Assembly: GCA_963765895.1 (NCBI GenBank)
Contig: CAVXZB010000042.1
Coordinates: 1-64,000, forward strand
Direction: 5' to 3'
From: an uncultured Nitrososphaeraceae archaeon
GTDB lineage: Archaea; Thermoproteota; Nitrososphaeria; Nitrososphaerales; Nitrososphaeraceae
DNA: 64,000 bases
A model generated the notes under the pieces. The model was not told where the DNA came from. It did not search any database and saw nothing but the letters and a program-made list of their open reading frames with translations. Made by a program: the position numbers and the translations under genes. Positions 12,237-24,259 of this stretch are shown piece after piece. The first letter of the stretch is position 1, and every line of letters begins with the position of its first letter.

Positions 12237-13812
12237 GGAAATTTAAAAGGAACTCGCAAGATAAAATTGTATCAGTTCTGTATTAGTGCATAATATGCAC
12301 TGGACAGGATTACACCAATGGCTTAGCTTGTAAAGGGCCATCCATAGCAGTGATATCACATCTATTAATAATCTTGTCTAGTATGATTTATTTGCCTATG
12401 ACTTATCCTCAACGAAAATACAATCTAGCAGTATATATTTACAACACAAACAGATAACCGTTATGACAATCCAGCAGTCTTAGAGGATATCTACTATCTA
12501 TGATACAACCGACTAGATTCAATTAACCAATATATGAATCGAACAAGTCATTAAATGATGCATTGTAGATTCAGAAAATTTAAAATGAGTGATTTCTAAC
12601 TAGGAAATTAATTTATAAATATAATTAAGCATATATGGTAGTTTGTAGCTTAGGAAAAGACTACTAATGCTTCAAATACATGTACATAGTGCATATAGCT
12701 ACTATAATAGGGTAAATTAACTCATTATTTTATGAACTGTGCTGACTATCATAATGTTTCATGAAGTCAGATTCACTTTCAAATGTTGAATTGCATCTGC
12801 TACACAAGACAGGTTCTCCACGTGTATCTCTACTTGTAGACATCAATATTTATTTAAATATAACATCATTATTATAAATATCAAATAATATACAATATTA
12901 CTGGTTTGGAGCAGATGATCAGATCTACCTTAAGTTATCTGATCAATCTTCTATCCCTTTCTATTTGTGCCTATTATCCCACCTGTAGCGCGTCCTTCTG
13001 AATACAATATTTTTCACAAATTATTAGATAGGCATAACCAGTCAATTATTAGATTGGATCTAGAAGTATGAGATCCTAGGAGGAGATACACTGCTGATAC
13101 AGGAGTGTAACCCACATTTAAAGGAATCTATTCATGTATCATTAGGATAGTCAGCACATTCATAAATCAATGAGATTTCACCTTATAATAATGCACTATG
13201 ATACATGAGATTTAAATGGTTGAACTACTAAGAGAAGTTGTATGATATATTTCTTCTGAGGGATTAAATGATATATTCTTCTGGAGGGAGGTAATTAACA
13301 TTAGATTCATGTTACCTCCAAAAAGTGAGCAATTAATAAAAACTCCGTTAACTAAAGTATTATCACTTCGTTCGAATAAGACCAGGGGTGCTAACGAGTC
13401 TGGATTTTTACTGGTGGTGATGATCCAGACTTTAACGTAGGCGGCATTTTGACTAAGTTGCCGCCTAAATCCTTTATCATGCACTTACTATACTATCTAA
13501 CATATTCCTATTAAATACAAAAGCGTTTAAACAGATAGTTAATAGGTTGATTGATTTTGACGAATCTATGTTAATGGGTATGGATTCAACCTAGATTCTA
13601 TCACTTAATCCTTACCGGGTTGAATTCCCACCAATGAGAGCTCAAAAACATATAAGAAGAGATAATGTATTATTATGAGTCCTAATCGTGCTGTCGCTGA
13701 CGGTGCTGTGTAAATGGATTCAGTCCACAATCCACCCTGTATCATGGGACTGAATCTCTATCAGCGACCAATTTTTAACTTACATTTAAATATTTTAGCC
13801 AGATGAATATGG

Positions 13813-14425
13813 TTGATGTCGATGTGGGATCCAAACATGGATACTCTCTACAGTTGGGCTCTTGACTATCCTAAACCTAAATCGATATCATCAAGTCTAG
13901 AAATGGATAGAGAGAAATTAATTGAGATAGTAGATATGGTTAATTCGTGCATTAGCAAAGAATTTGAAAAAGATGGACATGCATTTAGGGTTATAAAAGG
14001 GCGTGATCCTACAGCCGAAGAAAGACCAGACATTCATCCACTAATCAGGGAATATGATCCTCTTAGAAAACAAGTATTGCTAGAGTGTTTCAAACGATGT
14101 CTACAAATCGAAATTGATGAAAAATATAAGCTAAACCTGTCCCTTAGACTTTGGGCTGGTTGTTTGGATGCTGCAAAGACACTATCACTAAAGACTCAAT
14201 CTGGACCAAACACAAGAGAAATAAGAAGGTCAGTGTTTACTGAGAGGATAGATATTCTTGCATCTAAGGATCCATGTTTATAGGAAAGGAGTGGAAATCG
14301 CATGCATGTGGCGACCCGATCCTACTATTTCATTTGACGGCGTCCATGGCGCATCGCCTGCAAGAAGATATGAAAAAGATTGGATTAGAAGAAAAGGAAC
14401 AAGACAAGTGAAATCTTGCGAATAA
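13813..14425 (+). CDS. Hypothetical protein, probable frameshift near 14275
   Basis: 156-aa ORF continues in another frame as YRKGVEIACMWRPDPTISFDG...KSCE*. Confidence 0.5.
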
Positions 14426-14610
14426 TAAAAGCGATCCAATAGTACAGACGTTTCTTTGTATTCTATACAAATCATTAGTGACTTATCATTATAAGTGAAA
14501 ATTTCTGGGCAATATCATGTTTATTACTTTTATTTTAGTAGTATGTACTTGTCGGTTACTGTTATAAGTAATGTCCAACTATTGCTAATATAGAGTAACT
14601 ACCATATTCA

Positions 14611-14676
14611 TGACACAGATGACCAGGATTTTGACGCAATACATGACGTATATGACTAAAGAAAAATGATAAATAC
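14611..14676 (+). promoter_or_regulatory. Five phased TGAC motifs followed by BRE/TATA-like gaaaaatgataaata
   Basis: TGAC at 14611, 14620, 14632, 14644, 14653; TATA-like box ~30 nt before ATG 14704. Confidence 0.6.
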
Positions 14677-14703
14677 TGCGTTACCTCACTAAAGACCATA
14701 GTA

Positions 14704-16375
14704 ATGGCATTAAGCTTTTCTAAACCTCTAAAAGAAGGCATCATAAAGGACTGGCTAAGAGGTAAAAATCGCGACACTATAGCTCATGAGAACGGTCTGA
14801 GTACGGGAACAGTTAGTAATATAGTAAAATGAGTGGAAAGAAGAAATAGGAAGTTTATCAGCAGACCAGTTAAGAGAATTTGCAGTTACTTTACGAAATG
14901 TTGGTATTTCACCTTTGCAATGTGGACAAGGTTTTCGAATACTAAACATTTTATGTGATCTAGGATTTTCTGAAGATAATATAGAAATGTTTGCACTAGA
15001 CGTATGCAAGATGTGTAAAAATATTGGTTTAATGCCTGACAAAATTGCACTGCACATTAAAGAATTAATAGACCTAATAGAAAAAGTACCTTTAGACCAG
15101 CTTTCAGGCCATATAGAAAGGAACAAAATAATGCTGGAAGAATCAGAAGAAGAGCTTAGAAATGCTAAAGTGCAATTAAAAGATACACATGCTGAACTTG
15201 ATAATGCCTTTTCAAAATATAACTCAAACTCAAACATATCAGAAATTAGATGGACACACTGGTTAAAAAGAGAACTTGCAGATCATGGTCTTGAATTTGA
15301 TAGTATTCCCGCATTGGTAAACACCATCGAAGATATCCACACATTAGGTTTTGACGCCAAAAAAATAATCTCCAAGGTTTCTGAAATAGACAATTTAGAA
15401 ACAAGGAAAAATGCTCTCAAAGTTGAGATAACGAAATTGCAAAAAGAGCAAGAAAGACAAGCTATAAAGCTAGAAATGCTGAAACAAAGCTCTTCTACAC
15501 ATACACAGGCAATCTCTGTATACGAACAGCTAGCCTCTATGGGATTGGGGCTTGGAGAACTGACCATCTTGGTTAATACTATTACAGAATTAGCTAAAGA
15601 AAATGGTATTTCAGAATCAATGGCTGTTAACAAATTCCTCGATGATGTTACACAACGGTATAAGTATATTAGCGGTTTTGAGTCTAGACTTGAAGAGCTA
15701 AAAAATGAGACAGAAGATACAGAGTCTGGCCTGATAATATTACGTCAGTCAGGTTCAGAATTGGACAAAGTCACAGATTCATTGAGAAAACTGTGGGCAA
15801 TGGGCATAAAGTCTGAAGATATTATAGATCTAGCAAAGGCTCCAGACAAGGAGATCACAGATAATGTTAATTATGATAACAGAGCAATTAATAATAATGA
15901 AACTATTCCATCAGATTTGAAAAAGTATCGAAATCTTAAAACCGACATCGAGGATTTGAGTAAAGCCAAGGATGAATTGATAGCAGAAATGGCATCTCTT
16001 ATGTCAATAAGACAGTGCCTTGCGGCATCAGTAGTGTCATCTACCTTTAGAGTCTTTCAGTATCTTAATTTCATGGTTGATGTTATTAAATGCACAAGAG
16101 TACAAATTCAGGTACATGTTTTGCATTTGTATTTGTATTTGCTATATCATGAACCACCTATAATGTATAACAAAGAACAAGAATTAAATATAGACAAAAT
16201 ATCAATTCAATCAGATAATTATCAAAAATTCTTACCATTTATAGATGCTGCAAACGGCGATGATATTGAGTTTAGGATACTGAAGAATGTGTTAATTGAT
16301 GCTATTCAAATTGGATTAGATAAACTGAAGTCTAGTAACAGTCAGGGTAGAGATAATGATAATAGTACCTACTAG
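14704..16375 (+). CDS. N-terminal HTH plus long coiled-coil protein (frameshift ~14829; C-terminus may extend to 16446)
   Basis: ATG 14704 gives WLRGKNRDTIAHENGLSTGTVSNIV; removing one A from gtaaaatgag joins ORF 14915-16375, which is rich in heptad-like E/K/L runs. Confidence 0.75.
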
Positions 16376-16694
16376 TACCTACTACTACGATGGTTGCTTT
16401 AAACCAAGCAAAAACTGTATTAGGACAGTTCCAGGAACAAATCTAATTGTTAATGTCTTACCTGTTCTATTATCAAGAACACTTTGTATCTTCACTCTCC
16501 CAGTACTATACTCATTTGTATTTTATCATTATCCGTTGCAGTTTAATCATTATATTTGTTAGACAATCCTTACTGACTGGCTGGGATCTTAGCATAAACA
16601 GCAGAAGATACTATTCAGTTATTCTTCGTCTTATTGATACTAACAAAAAATAGTTTATGTAAAACTTTTGTTGTCTACTTGGTTATTTCAGATT

Positions 16695-16850
16695 TTATGC
16701 AGGTTCTTCAGACTCATCGCCAGTATCAGTTCTTTCTGCGGCTTCTTCACGTAGACTCTCCGATGGGCCAGTAGTTTGCGGGTTAGAACCTGCCTTTCCT
16801 ATCTTTTTTTGGTCCTTCTGTGCTGAATCAAGATTTTCTTCATTACTCAA
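16695..16850 (-). CDS. 51-aa hydrophilic (hydrophilin-like) protein, not in the ORF track
   Basis: TTG start; MSNEENLDSAQKDQKKIGKAGSNPQTTGPSESLREEAAERTDTGDESEEPA*. Confidence 0.55.
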   Translation of the reverse strand: MSNEENLDSAQKDQKKIGKAGSNPQTTGPSESLREEAAERTDTGDESEEPA

Positions 16851-17481
16851 TTGTATCGTAATTATATTAATCATTATAGTTAATAGCGATTATACATTTT
16901 ATTATCAAATGAGTTATCTGCAATGTCATCATCTAATCTAACGTAGTAGAAAGTTAGAAAACTTCAATTCCGAAGTAACTATAAATAATAGATTAATATT
17001 ACAAAGTTTAAAAATAGAGGATATTACGAATAAACGTTAGCTTCATGAAAGTGGGTCTTCTCTTCAATCTAGAATTTGCCATTTGTAGTTTTCTATCATC
17101 GAATTCGTCATCTCATCCGAATAATCATTCTCATTATCCAAATTATCTCTATTTTTGGATTCAGTCTTGTTCCTCATAGGTAAAGGTCTTTTGAATGTTT
17201 AGTATTATTTCTATTTCTATTAAGTTATAAATTTAAGAGGCCAATTATAAAAGACTGATACAATAAACAAGTTATTTAGATAAATTAAATTATAACTATA
17301 TTCAAATAATTACAATTTTTTATTTGTTTATTGTATAATAAATTAAATAAACTAATTCAGAATTTATTTTAGATTCACTCAACGAGACAAGAATATTACT
17401 AAGAAATGCAGATTCGGAGGAAAGGAAGTTCTTTTTGAATGTAAGAATAATATATCATCCTGTTCATATTAAATCAGCAGA

Positions 17482-17715
17482 ATGAGTAATAATACTGACA
17501 TGAATCATAAGAGCGCTCCAAGTCATTGGGCTCAAATAATGGGTGAGATTGTAGACAAATTTATGGGTACCAATATGTCTACTACAATTAGCTTTGATAA
17601 TCTTGAAATAGAGGTTCCACAAGCAAAGGGTCCTAACGGTAAGGATCTAGGTAGTGCTAAATGGGTAATTAATGGTAAAATACTATGGACATCTGTTGCA
17701 TCCAACAAAGAATGA
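17482..17715 (+). CDS. Hypothetical protein
   Basis: 77-aa ATG ORF, co-oriented with the next gene. Confidence 0.6.
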   Translation: MSNNTDMNHKSAPSHWAQIMGEIVDKFMGTNMSTTISFDNLEIEVPQAKGPNGKDLGSAKWVINGKILWTSVASNKE

Positions 17716-17829
17716 TAAAAAAAGATAGGCATATTCTATCAGAATATTCATTACAACTGGATGCCCAAGACGACCAGAAAAAGGAGCGAATCGTAACTAC
17801 ATTAATGATAGTAGATAGATAGATAGACT

Positions 17830-18258
17830 ATGGCAGATAATGATAATAATGACAAGACTGAGCAAATAATACTAGAGTTGCTTGCTAAATCACTTAAAAC
17901 AGTAAAAGGTGGTGCAATTGATGTTGACATGGAAGGGCAATCCGCACTCAGGATAGAAATGGATAAAAAAGAAGAAAGGATAAGTATTGATTTTATTCAC
18001 CCTACTGTTATCCAAATAGCAGAATTGGAAAGCGAAGATAGGAGCGGATTATTTGATAAATTAAAAACCGCAAAAGAGTTTTCCCATCAGCTTACCGATA
18101 ATGGTTTGACATTGTCGTTTCTCAGAAAAGGAAAAGAAGCAATAACCTTAGGAAAAAAAGCTCATCCTACACTTTCAAAACTGATAACAAGAAGTAATGA
18201 TATACAAGTAGATAGCGTAAGAGAATCCATTAAATTGGGTCGTGATCTAAAAAAGTAG
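17830..18258 (+). CDS. Hypothetical protein
   Basis: 142-aa ATG ORF. Confidence 0.65.
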   Translation: MADNDNNDKTEQIILELLAKSLKTVKGGAIDVDMEGQSALRIEMDKKEERISIDFIHPTVIQIAELESEDRSGLFDKLKTAKEFSHQLTDNGLTLSFLRKGKEAITLGKKAHPTLSKLITRSNDIQVDSVRESIKLGRDLKK

Positions 18259-18940
18259 AGAACTAATGCATTCTATAACTAATTATTAACTAGAAATGCT
18301 TCTCCAAGAAACGATAAACATGGAACAAGACTAAATAAAAATAACTTCAGTTTTTTCGAGGTTTAGTCCTACTCTTATTATTAATAATCATCCACCTTTT
18401 CTTGCCATTAGGATTCGTCGGTATCTCAATTTTGTTTACTTCCCTACACAATCTACAATAATATCGCCATGACAAGCATTTGCCTGTAGATAGTGGATCA
18501 CATAATCTATTTAGACTTGTAATATTTCATCAGATGCTGAATTGTCATAAACGGAGACATTTATGGGTACTAGACAGCCAGTTTTAATATTGATTTAACT
18601 CTAAACATATTATTAATACTAGCAATTAATTCTTGAAATATCTACTACAATGCCTAAAGCTTTTCAGATACTTCGAAAACGTGATATTGATTTGATCTTT
18701 AAAAGGTCATATTTGCGATAAAACGGCAAACCAGAATAGTTAAAAAGTAGATACTTCTAAGATGCCAGAAGCTAAAAGTCGTGAAAAGAGGTCTCCCAGA
18801 ATTAGATACAGAATTTAAGAAGTTAGTACAACTAATAATCCATATGCAAACACCAGGTGAATAAAGAAAACCATTCTTGTAAAATTTCTTATAGTCTGAC
18901 TGCTGATGCGCATATAAAGGGTTTTGTACAATAACAAATA

Positions 18941-19201
18941 ATGTCACAAAATATACCACAAGAGGCCACCAAACTAAAGAAACTAACAAAGGCTACAGTA
19001 AAGTATATTGAAATGGAGCAATTCAAAGATTCGGATCATCATACTGGTTACTTTTGCTACAATTGTATATATTTTATGAAACCAAATCATTGCGCTATAG
19101 TATCTGATGAAGGGCAGGATGTAAAAGGTAATGTCTCAGGTGAAATAGCAGCTCATGGAATATGTGCTGTCTGGGAACCTAATGAACAAGAGATGCGATG
19201 A
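18941..19201 (+). CDS. HiPIP-like four-cysteine protein without signal peptide
   Basis: KLTKATVKY...CYNCIYFMKPNHCAIV...GEIAAHGICAVW follows the HiPIP Y..CxxCxxF..C..V.G.I...G.C..W pattern. Confidence 0.6.
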   Translation: MSQNIPQEATKLKKLTKATVKYIEMEQFKDSDHHTGYFCYNCIYFMKPNHCAIVSDEGQDVKGNVSGEIAAHGICAVWEPNEQEMR

Positions 19202-19394
19202 GAATTCTTGAACAAGAATATATTAATGGTAAGCCGTTTATATCTCTTGTTATATTTGGAAAAGGTAAATGATAACACTAAACCGACATTTCTTATTGAT
19301 ATGAAATACAACACAATGTCTGAGAATCCTATTGAAAGAAACAATTCGTTAGCTCGTTTTACTTTAGGACAATTGATATTCTAAAATACAGAAA

Positions 19395-21281
19395 ATGAAT
19401 ATGGACAAAGGCAATAGTATAACAACAGAAATCATATATGGTGTTGATAATGTAGTGTCTACTCTGCTGAAAGTGATATCTAATGCAAGTCATAGAATAG
19501 ATGTCTGTGTAGATAGTACTAGGCCTATTTTACTATCAGATATTTCACAATTAAGACAAGCGTTTCTTGATGCAAAGAGTAGAGGAATTAAACTGAGATA
19601 TTTGACAGAAATCACCGATGACAACCGTCACTATTGTAAAGAATTGTTATCGATAGTAGACGAACTACGCCATTTATGTGCTATTAGAGGAAACTTTTAT
19701 ATAACTGAAGGCGAGTATGCCGCACCATCTACATATCACGAGAAACGTAAATCCGCAGACATGATGATTTATAGCCGTATGAAGCAAGTAGTACAACATC
19801 AACAATCTATTTTCGAGAGTCTTTGGAATGCCTCTACTTCTGCGGAAAGAAAGATAAAAGAAATCGAAGAAAATATCAATTTAGGTACAACAGAAATAAT
19901 CGATAGTCCCTTAAAGACTCAGACACTATTCCTTAATTTAATAAAGTCTACAAAACACGAAATATTATTAATTTTACCCACAGTTAATGCTTTTTTGCGT
20001 GAATACAGGATTGGGGCACTGCAATTGATAAAAGAACTAGCGACCAAGGGAAGTAAAGTGGCCTTAGAGAACGATAACGAATATAAAGTAAAAGAAAATA
20101 GAACAAATACAAAACATATTAACATTAAGATTTTGACTCCTACTAATGACTTGGTCGGTAAGATTATTGATGAATTGGACACAGGCCCAACTGTCGTAGA
20201 TAACGATATTGATGTTAGCTCAACGGTGACGAATTCAAAAGAAAGTAAGTCATCGGCCCCTTCATCTTTTCCTTCTCATTATGAGGATAATATTAATCCT
20301 CTTCAAATTAGACAATTAGAATCGCGACCAATGTATAATGTAACTACTGTGACCATACTAATAATAGATAGAAAAATTGCTCTAGCGATAGAAAAAATTG
20401 ATGATTCCAAAATCGAGTTTATTGAGGCAGTAGGATTATCAACCTATTCAACTAGCCCACCTACTATTGCTTCCTACGTTTCCATCTTTGAAAACTTCTG
20501 GAGCCAGCTAGAATTATATGAAAGACTTAGGGCAAATGAGCGAATAGAAAGAGAATTTATCAATTTGGCAGCCCACGAGTTAAGAACACCAGCGCAAGCA
20601 ATTTTAGGCTATATAGAATTAGCAATGATGGAAGCAAACGATGACGGTACAACTAACAGTGAGAAAAGAGGATACATAGCAGCTGCATATAGAAATGCAT
20701 TAAGGCTTCAAAGACTGGCAAAGGATATTTTAGATGTAGCAAGAATTGAAAGCAATACACTAAAGTTAAATAAAGATCGATTTGATCTAGTGGAAAGAAT
20801 AAATGATGTTATCAATGATACAATACACGCACAGCTGGTAGATACAAGGACAAGGAATAACACAGAAATTGTGTTTGACAAACCAGACTCGACTTTATTT
20901 GTAAAGGCCGACAAGGGGAGGATAACTGAAGTCATATCAAATTTATTATCTAATGCAATTAATGCGACCAGAAATAGTAATACTGGTAGAGTTACAGTGT
21001 CTACTCAAGTTGTTGAATATTCAAAAAATGATACCATCTGTCCTGATGAAAATGGCAATAAAACATGCGTTATCATTAGCTTAAAGGATAATGGGGTTGG
21101 AATAGATCCTAAAATAGAACCCAGACTATTTACTAAATTTGTAACTGCATCTGAATCAGGTTTAGGTTTGGGATTATACGTCTCTAAAAGTATTATCAAT
21201 GCTCACAAAGGCAAAATATGGGGAGGAAATAATCAGAATGAAATTGGGGCTACCTTTGGCTTTAGCCTACCAGTAGAATAG
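19395..21281 (+). CDS. Soluble sensor histidine kinase
   Basis: H-box FINLAAHELRTPAQAILG, N-box EVISNLLSNAI, DNGVGID, GLGLGLYVSKSII; no transmembrane segment seen. Confidence 0.92.
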   Translation: MNMDKGNSITTEIIYGVDNVVSTLLKVISNASHRIDVCVDSTRPILLSDISQLRQAFLDAKSRGIKLRYLTEITDDNRHYCKELLSIVDELRHLCAIRGNFYITEGEYAAPSTYHEKRKSADMMIYSRMKQVVQHQQSIFESLWNASTSAERKIKEIEENINLGTTEIIDSPLKTQTLFLNLIKSTKHEILLILPTVNAFLREYRIGALQLIKELATKGSKVALENDNEYKVKENRTNTKHINIKILTPTNDLVGKIIDELDTGPTVVDNDIDVSSTVTNSKESKSSAPSSFPSHYEDNINPLQIRQLESRPMYNVTTVTILIIDRKIALAIEKIDDSKIEFIEAVGLSTYSTSPPTIASYVSIFENFWSQLELYERLRANERIEREFINLAAHELRTPAQAILGYIELAMMEANDDGTTNSEKRGYIAAAYRNALRLQRLAKDILDVARIESNTLKLNKDRFDLVERINDVINDTIHAQLVDTRTRNNTEIVFDKPDSTLFVKADKGRITEVISNLLSNAINATRNSNTGRVTVSTQVVEYSKNDTICPDENGNKTCVIISLKDNGVGIDPKIEPRLFTKFVTASESGLGLGLYVSKSIINAHKGKIWGGNNQNEIGATFGFSLPVE

Positions 21282-22095
21282 CTGATGATGATCCGTTGCC
21301 CAATGTCTAATGGTAGTTAGATCAACTAAAACAAACATCGACCACTCGATCGATTGAAGACTATCAAAAGGATCTTACAAATGGGAAGTACAGCAGTTTC
21401 TGCGGGTTTTATCAGAAGATCATTTTATTATATAAGGAGGATGAGACAAGTGATTTACTTATCCCTTGTCACGTTAACACAAACAATATTATTTTTAATA
21501 TCTGTAATATTCAGAAATAACTAACATACATGAATAATTTTCCATGCAATTGTATACACTGGCGTTTTTGACGTGACATATGTACTTTCCCCTGAGGTAT
21601 GCTTAGGCCATTATTGAATAATGATGTCGCACAGCAATTACAGGTAGTGACAAGCTTATGAATCACCCTATATCTCAATATGGAATAGCAATACACGGTA
21701 GTTGAAGTCTACACCATACAAGATATAGTAATAATTATTACCAATATATCTGGTATCGCAATAATGTTAACATACATAACCTATATTTGGATAAATTGCT
21801 GGCCGGCAAAACACGCTATCGCTGAACAATACAATGACAATAATAACTGACAAGGGATAGATTATATAGTACGATATTTTTACAATGTTATAGTACTTTG
21901 GAAATTCAAATTTCGGAATTCATTTGTTAAAACGGGATAGACTTTGTCTCGACTGAACAACTACGTGGTTATGGCATAATTGACTACTACTGTAGAATTT
22001 ACTAACAATTATGATGTGTTTGATAAGCTCTGATGTATAAAAAAAAGGTTTACTAGTTAATTGCTATAGTTACTAATTGGCTGCGACTTCTTTAG

Positions 22096-22572
22096 CTAAT
22101 GTATACACAGTTTGAGATGTTTTTGTTCTTGTCTTAAAATAGAATTGAGTGTAGTGAATATTTGTTTATTTTTATTTAATTTTACTTTTTTTGCTATGGC
22201 TGCGAGAACTTCATAGTGTGTCACTTCGCCACCTTCAGCAAGACACAAGAATTCTATTGCTTCAGATGAATCAGGATCTTGGCCAAGATAAGTTTTCATC
22301 ATCTCAGATGCTTTCTGTTCTGTTTCTTGAGCTGCTTCTTGTATTGTTGCAGAATCTAGTGATCCGGATAATTTCTGAACCAGCTGCTCAAGCTTTGATT
22401 GATGATTTCCTGCTTCCTTTTGCATATTCTTAAGCTTCGATAACATCCCTCTTTTATCTAGTAATCCCATTGAGGATAATTCTTGCACTGCCTTTTGCGC
22501 GGCCATTTCCAAACCTAGACATTCTCCTATCTTCTGTTCAAATTTTTCTTTTTTATCGTTTTGTTTCGACAT
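22096..22572 (-). CDS. Ferritin-like (DUF892/YciF-like) protein; probable C-terminal frameshift
   Basis: LGLEMAAQ...EAGNH...EGGEVTHYEVL...QEQKH di-iron ExxH pattern. Confidence 0.7.
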   Translation of the reverse strand: MSKQNDKKEKFEQKIGECLGLEMAAQKAVQELSSMGLLDKRGMLSKLKNMQKEAGNHQSKLEQLVQKLSGSLDSATIQEAAQETEQKASEMMKTYLGQDPDSSEAIEFLCLAEGGEVTHYEVLAAIAKKVKLNKNKQIFTTLNSILRQEQKHLKLCIH

Positions 22573-22846
22573 GTCAAATGTAGTACAATATACATTTTAG
22601 AGATATCTATTGAACGACACTTGACAATACTAGAATGTCAGCAGGTGATGTTTAAGTACCATGCATGAAAGACTATTACTACCTTACTATCGATAAACAT
22701 ATGAAACGCGTGACTAACTTAGGTAAGACAGTTAAGAAATTGGAGTCTGAACGAGAATTGGTAAACACGAACAAGTAATTAACTTGCTAGTCACATCGAT
22801 TAGTACGAAAAAACAAAATCTATTTTATCACATATTATTTTTACGT

Positions 22847-23266
22847 TTATTTTAGATCTCTGATATTCTTGTAATTTTCTATAATCCTTATTCTTTCCTC
22901 AAAGCTGGGGCTATATTCACCTTTCTGGCCTGAAGGCGAGCTCTTAAAGGACTCTAATCCCTTTGTATATTCATCTCCTCTAGGTGATTCATCTCCATAT
23001 ACATGCTTTGAATGAACTTCTTCCTCATTTATCAAAAGCCACAGATGCTTTCCATCATATGCATCAGCAGTATACTTTGGAATCCAGAATTTGTCTTTCT
23101 TTATTGAACCCTTCTCTAAACGAATATAGTTATCAGATATATCTTTAATTTCTCCAATATCTTTTCCGTCATTTGTTATTACTTTTTTACCTTTAAGCAT
23201 GCTCCATAAAATGGTAGGACCTATCCTACTGCCACTTTCATCACCAACATCAGCATCTGAAGACAT
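22847..23266 (-). CDS. PRC-barrel/DUF2171-like single-domain protein
   Basis: GKKVITNDGKDIGEIKDI...IPKYTADAYDGKHLWL; same repeat as in 25811. Confidence 0.7.
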   Translation of the reverse strand: MSSDADVGDESGSRIGPTILWSMLKGKKVITNDGKDIGEIKDISDNYIRLEKGSIKKDKFWIPKYTADAYDGKHLWLLINEEEVHSKHVYGDESPRGDEYTKGLESFKSSPSGQKGEYSPSFEERIRIIENYKNIRDLK

Positions 23267-24085
23267 TAATATACATGATCTTTATCGGAATTATGCCTAA
23301 TGAATGTTACATGTTTTTAAATCAAATTCTTATAATAAGGGTAAGTAGTAGATTTCCAACACCAGACAGATGTCATCTTAACTCCAGTCTGACGACAGTT
23401 GCGAAATTTATATAATATTAATATAATATAGTTATTTAATTCAATATTATTGCAACATCATTGAGTTACTTTCGTAAACCCAAAATCTAATAGGCTTCCT
23501 TTAACTAATTACTGCAATATGAGTATTACCAAGGAATACCGCTATATGATGTATCTATCTATCTATCTATCAATCTTTTATCATATCCTTTATTCATTAA
23601 ATGCCTCATGCGGATCTGGGGATGTGACGGAATTCTTACCATTGGCCGGTCGAAATTTGATAATGTCTTGAAATCTTGCTTTGTTTATTCTAACACTGAT
23701 AGTGTTTTTTCTGGACGACCTGTTGAATCCCAAAAGACTTTTGCAACTTTAATCTTTTCATAGGATTCAACTTAGAGTAACAGAAGTCTTTTTGCATTTC
23801 AGAAAAAATAAATCCTAACTTCTCGAATACGTCAATAGATTCTTCATTTAGTTTCCATGCGGTAGGTATAAAGACTTCAAATTCTATTTTTATGGCTTGA
23901 AATATTAAGACCAGCTCGGATTTCCTCTTCTGCGGCGGCTTTTGTTACAATGTGAAAATTTACGATGAATTGTTTCCAATCCATCAATACGTCAATACTA
24001 AGACAATTTGAATATAATGTTACTATTAATTTTATCATAAAATCTAAGGTCAACCATTAAATAATATTGTGCCTACAATCGGCAT

Positions 24086-24259
24086 ATGGTTTTAGGGTTG
24101 TTATGGAGTATAGTCATCATATTAGTGGTCATCATAGTCATAATTGTATTATTAAAGCTCGTCTTTGCTATTATAGCAATTGGCCCAGTTGCTATAGAAC
24201 AACAACAGGAGTTGCATACTATAACTTACATATTGGGACAAATACCGCTGAAATTGTGA
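24086..24259 (+). CDS. 57-aa membrane protein, paralog 1 (not in the ORF track)
   Basis: MVLGLLWSIVIILVVIIVIIVLLKLVFAIIAIGPVAIEQQQELHTITYILGQIPLKL*; paralog at 27161. Confidence 0.8.
   Translation: MVLGLLWSIVIILVVIIVIIVLLKLVFAIIAIGPVAIEQQQELHTITYILGQIPLKL

Noticed and set aside
13438-13467. Hairpin taggcggca/tgccgccta
   Set aside because: Single copy with no supported gene context
11357-23572. Short microsatellites (aatg)n at ~11357 and (atct)n at ~23553
   Set aside because: Only 4-5 units in AT-rich intergenic DNA; expected from slippage
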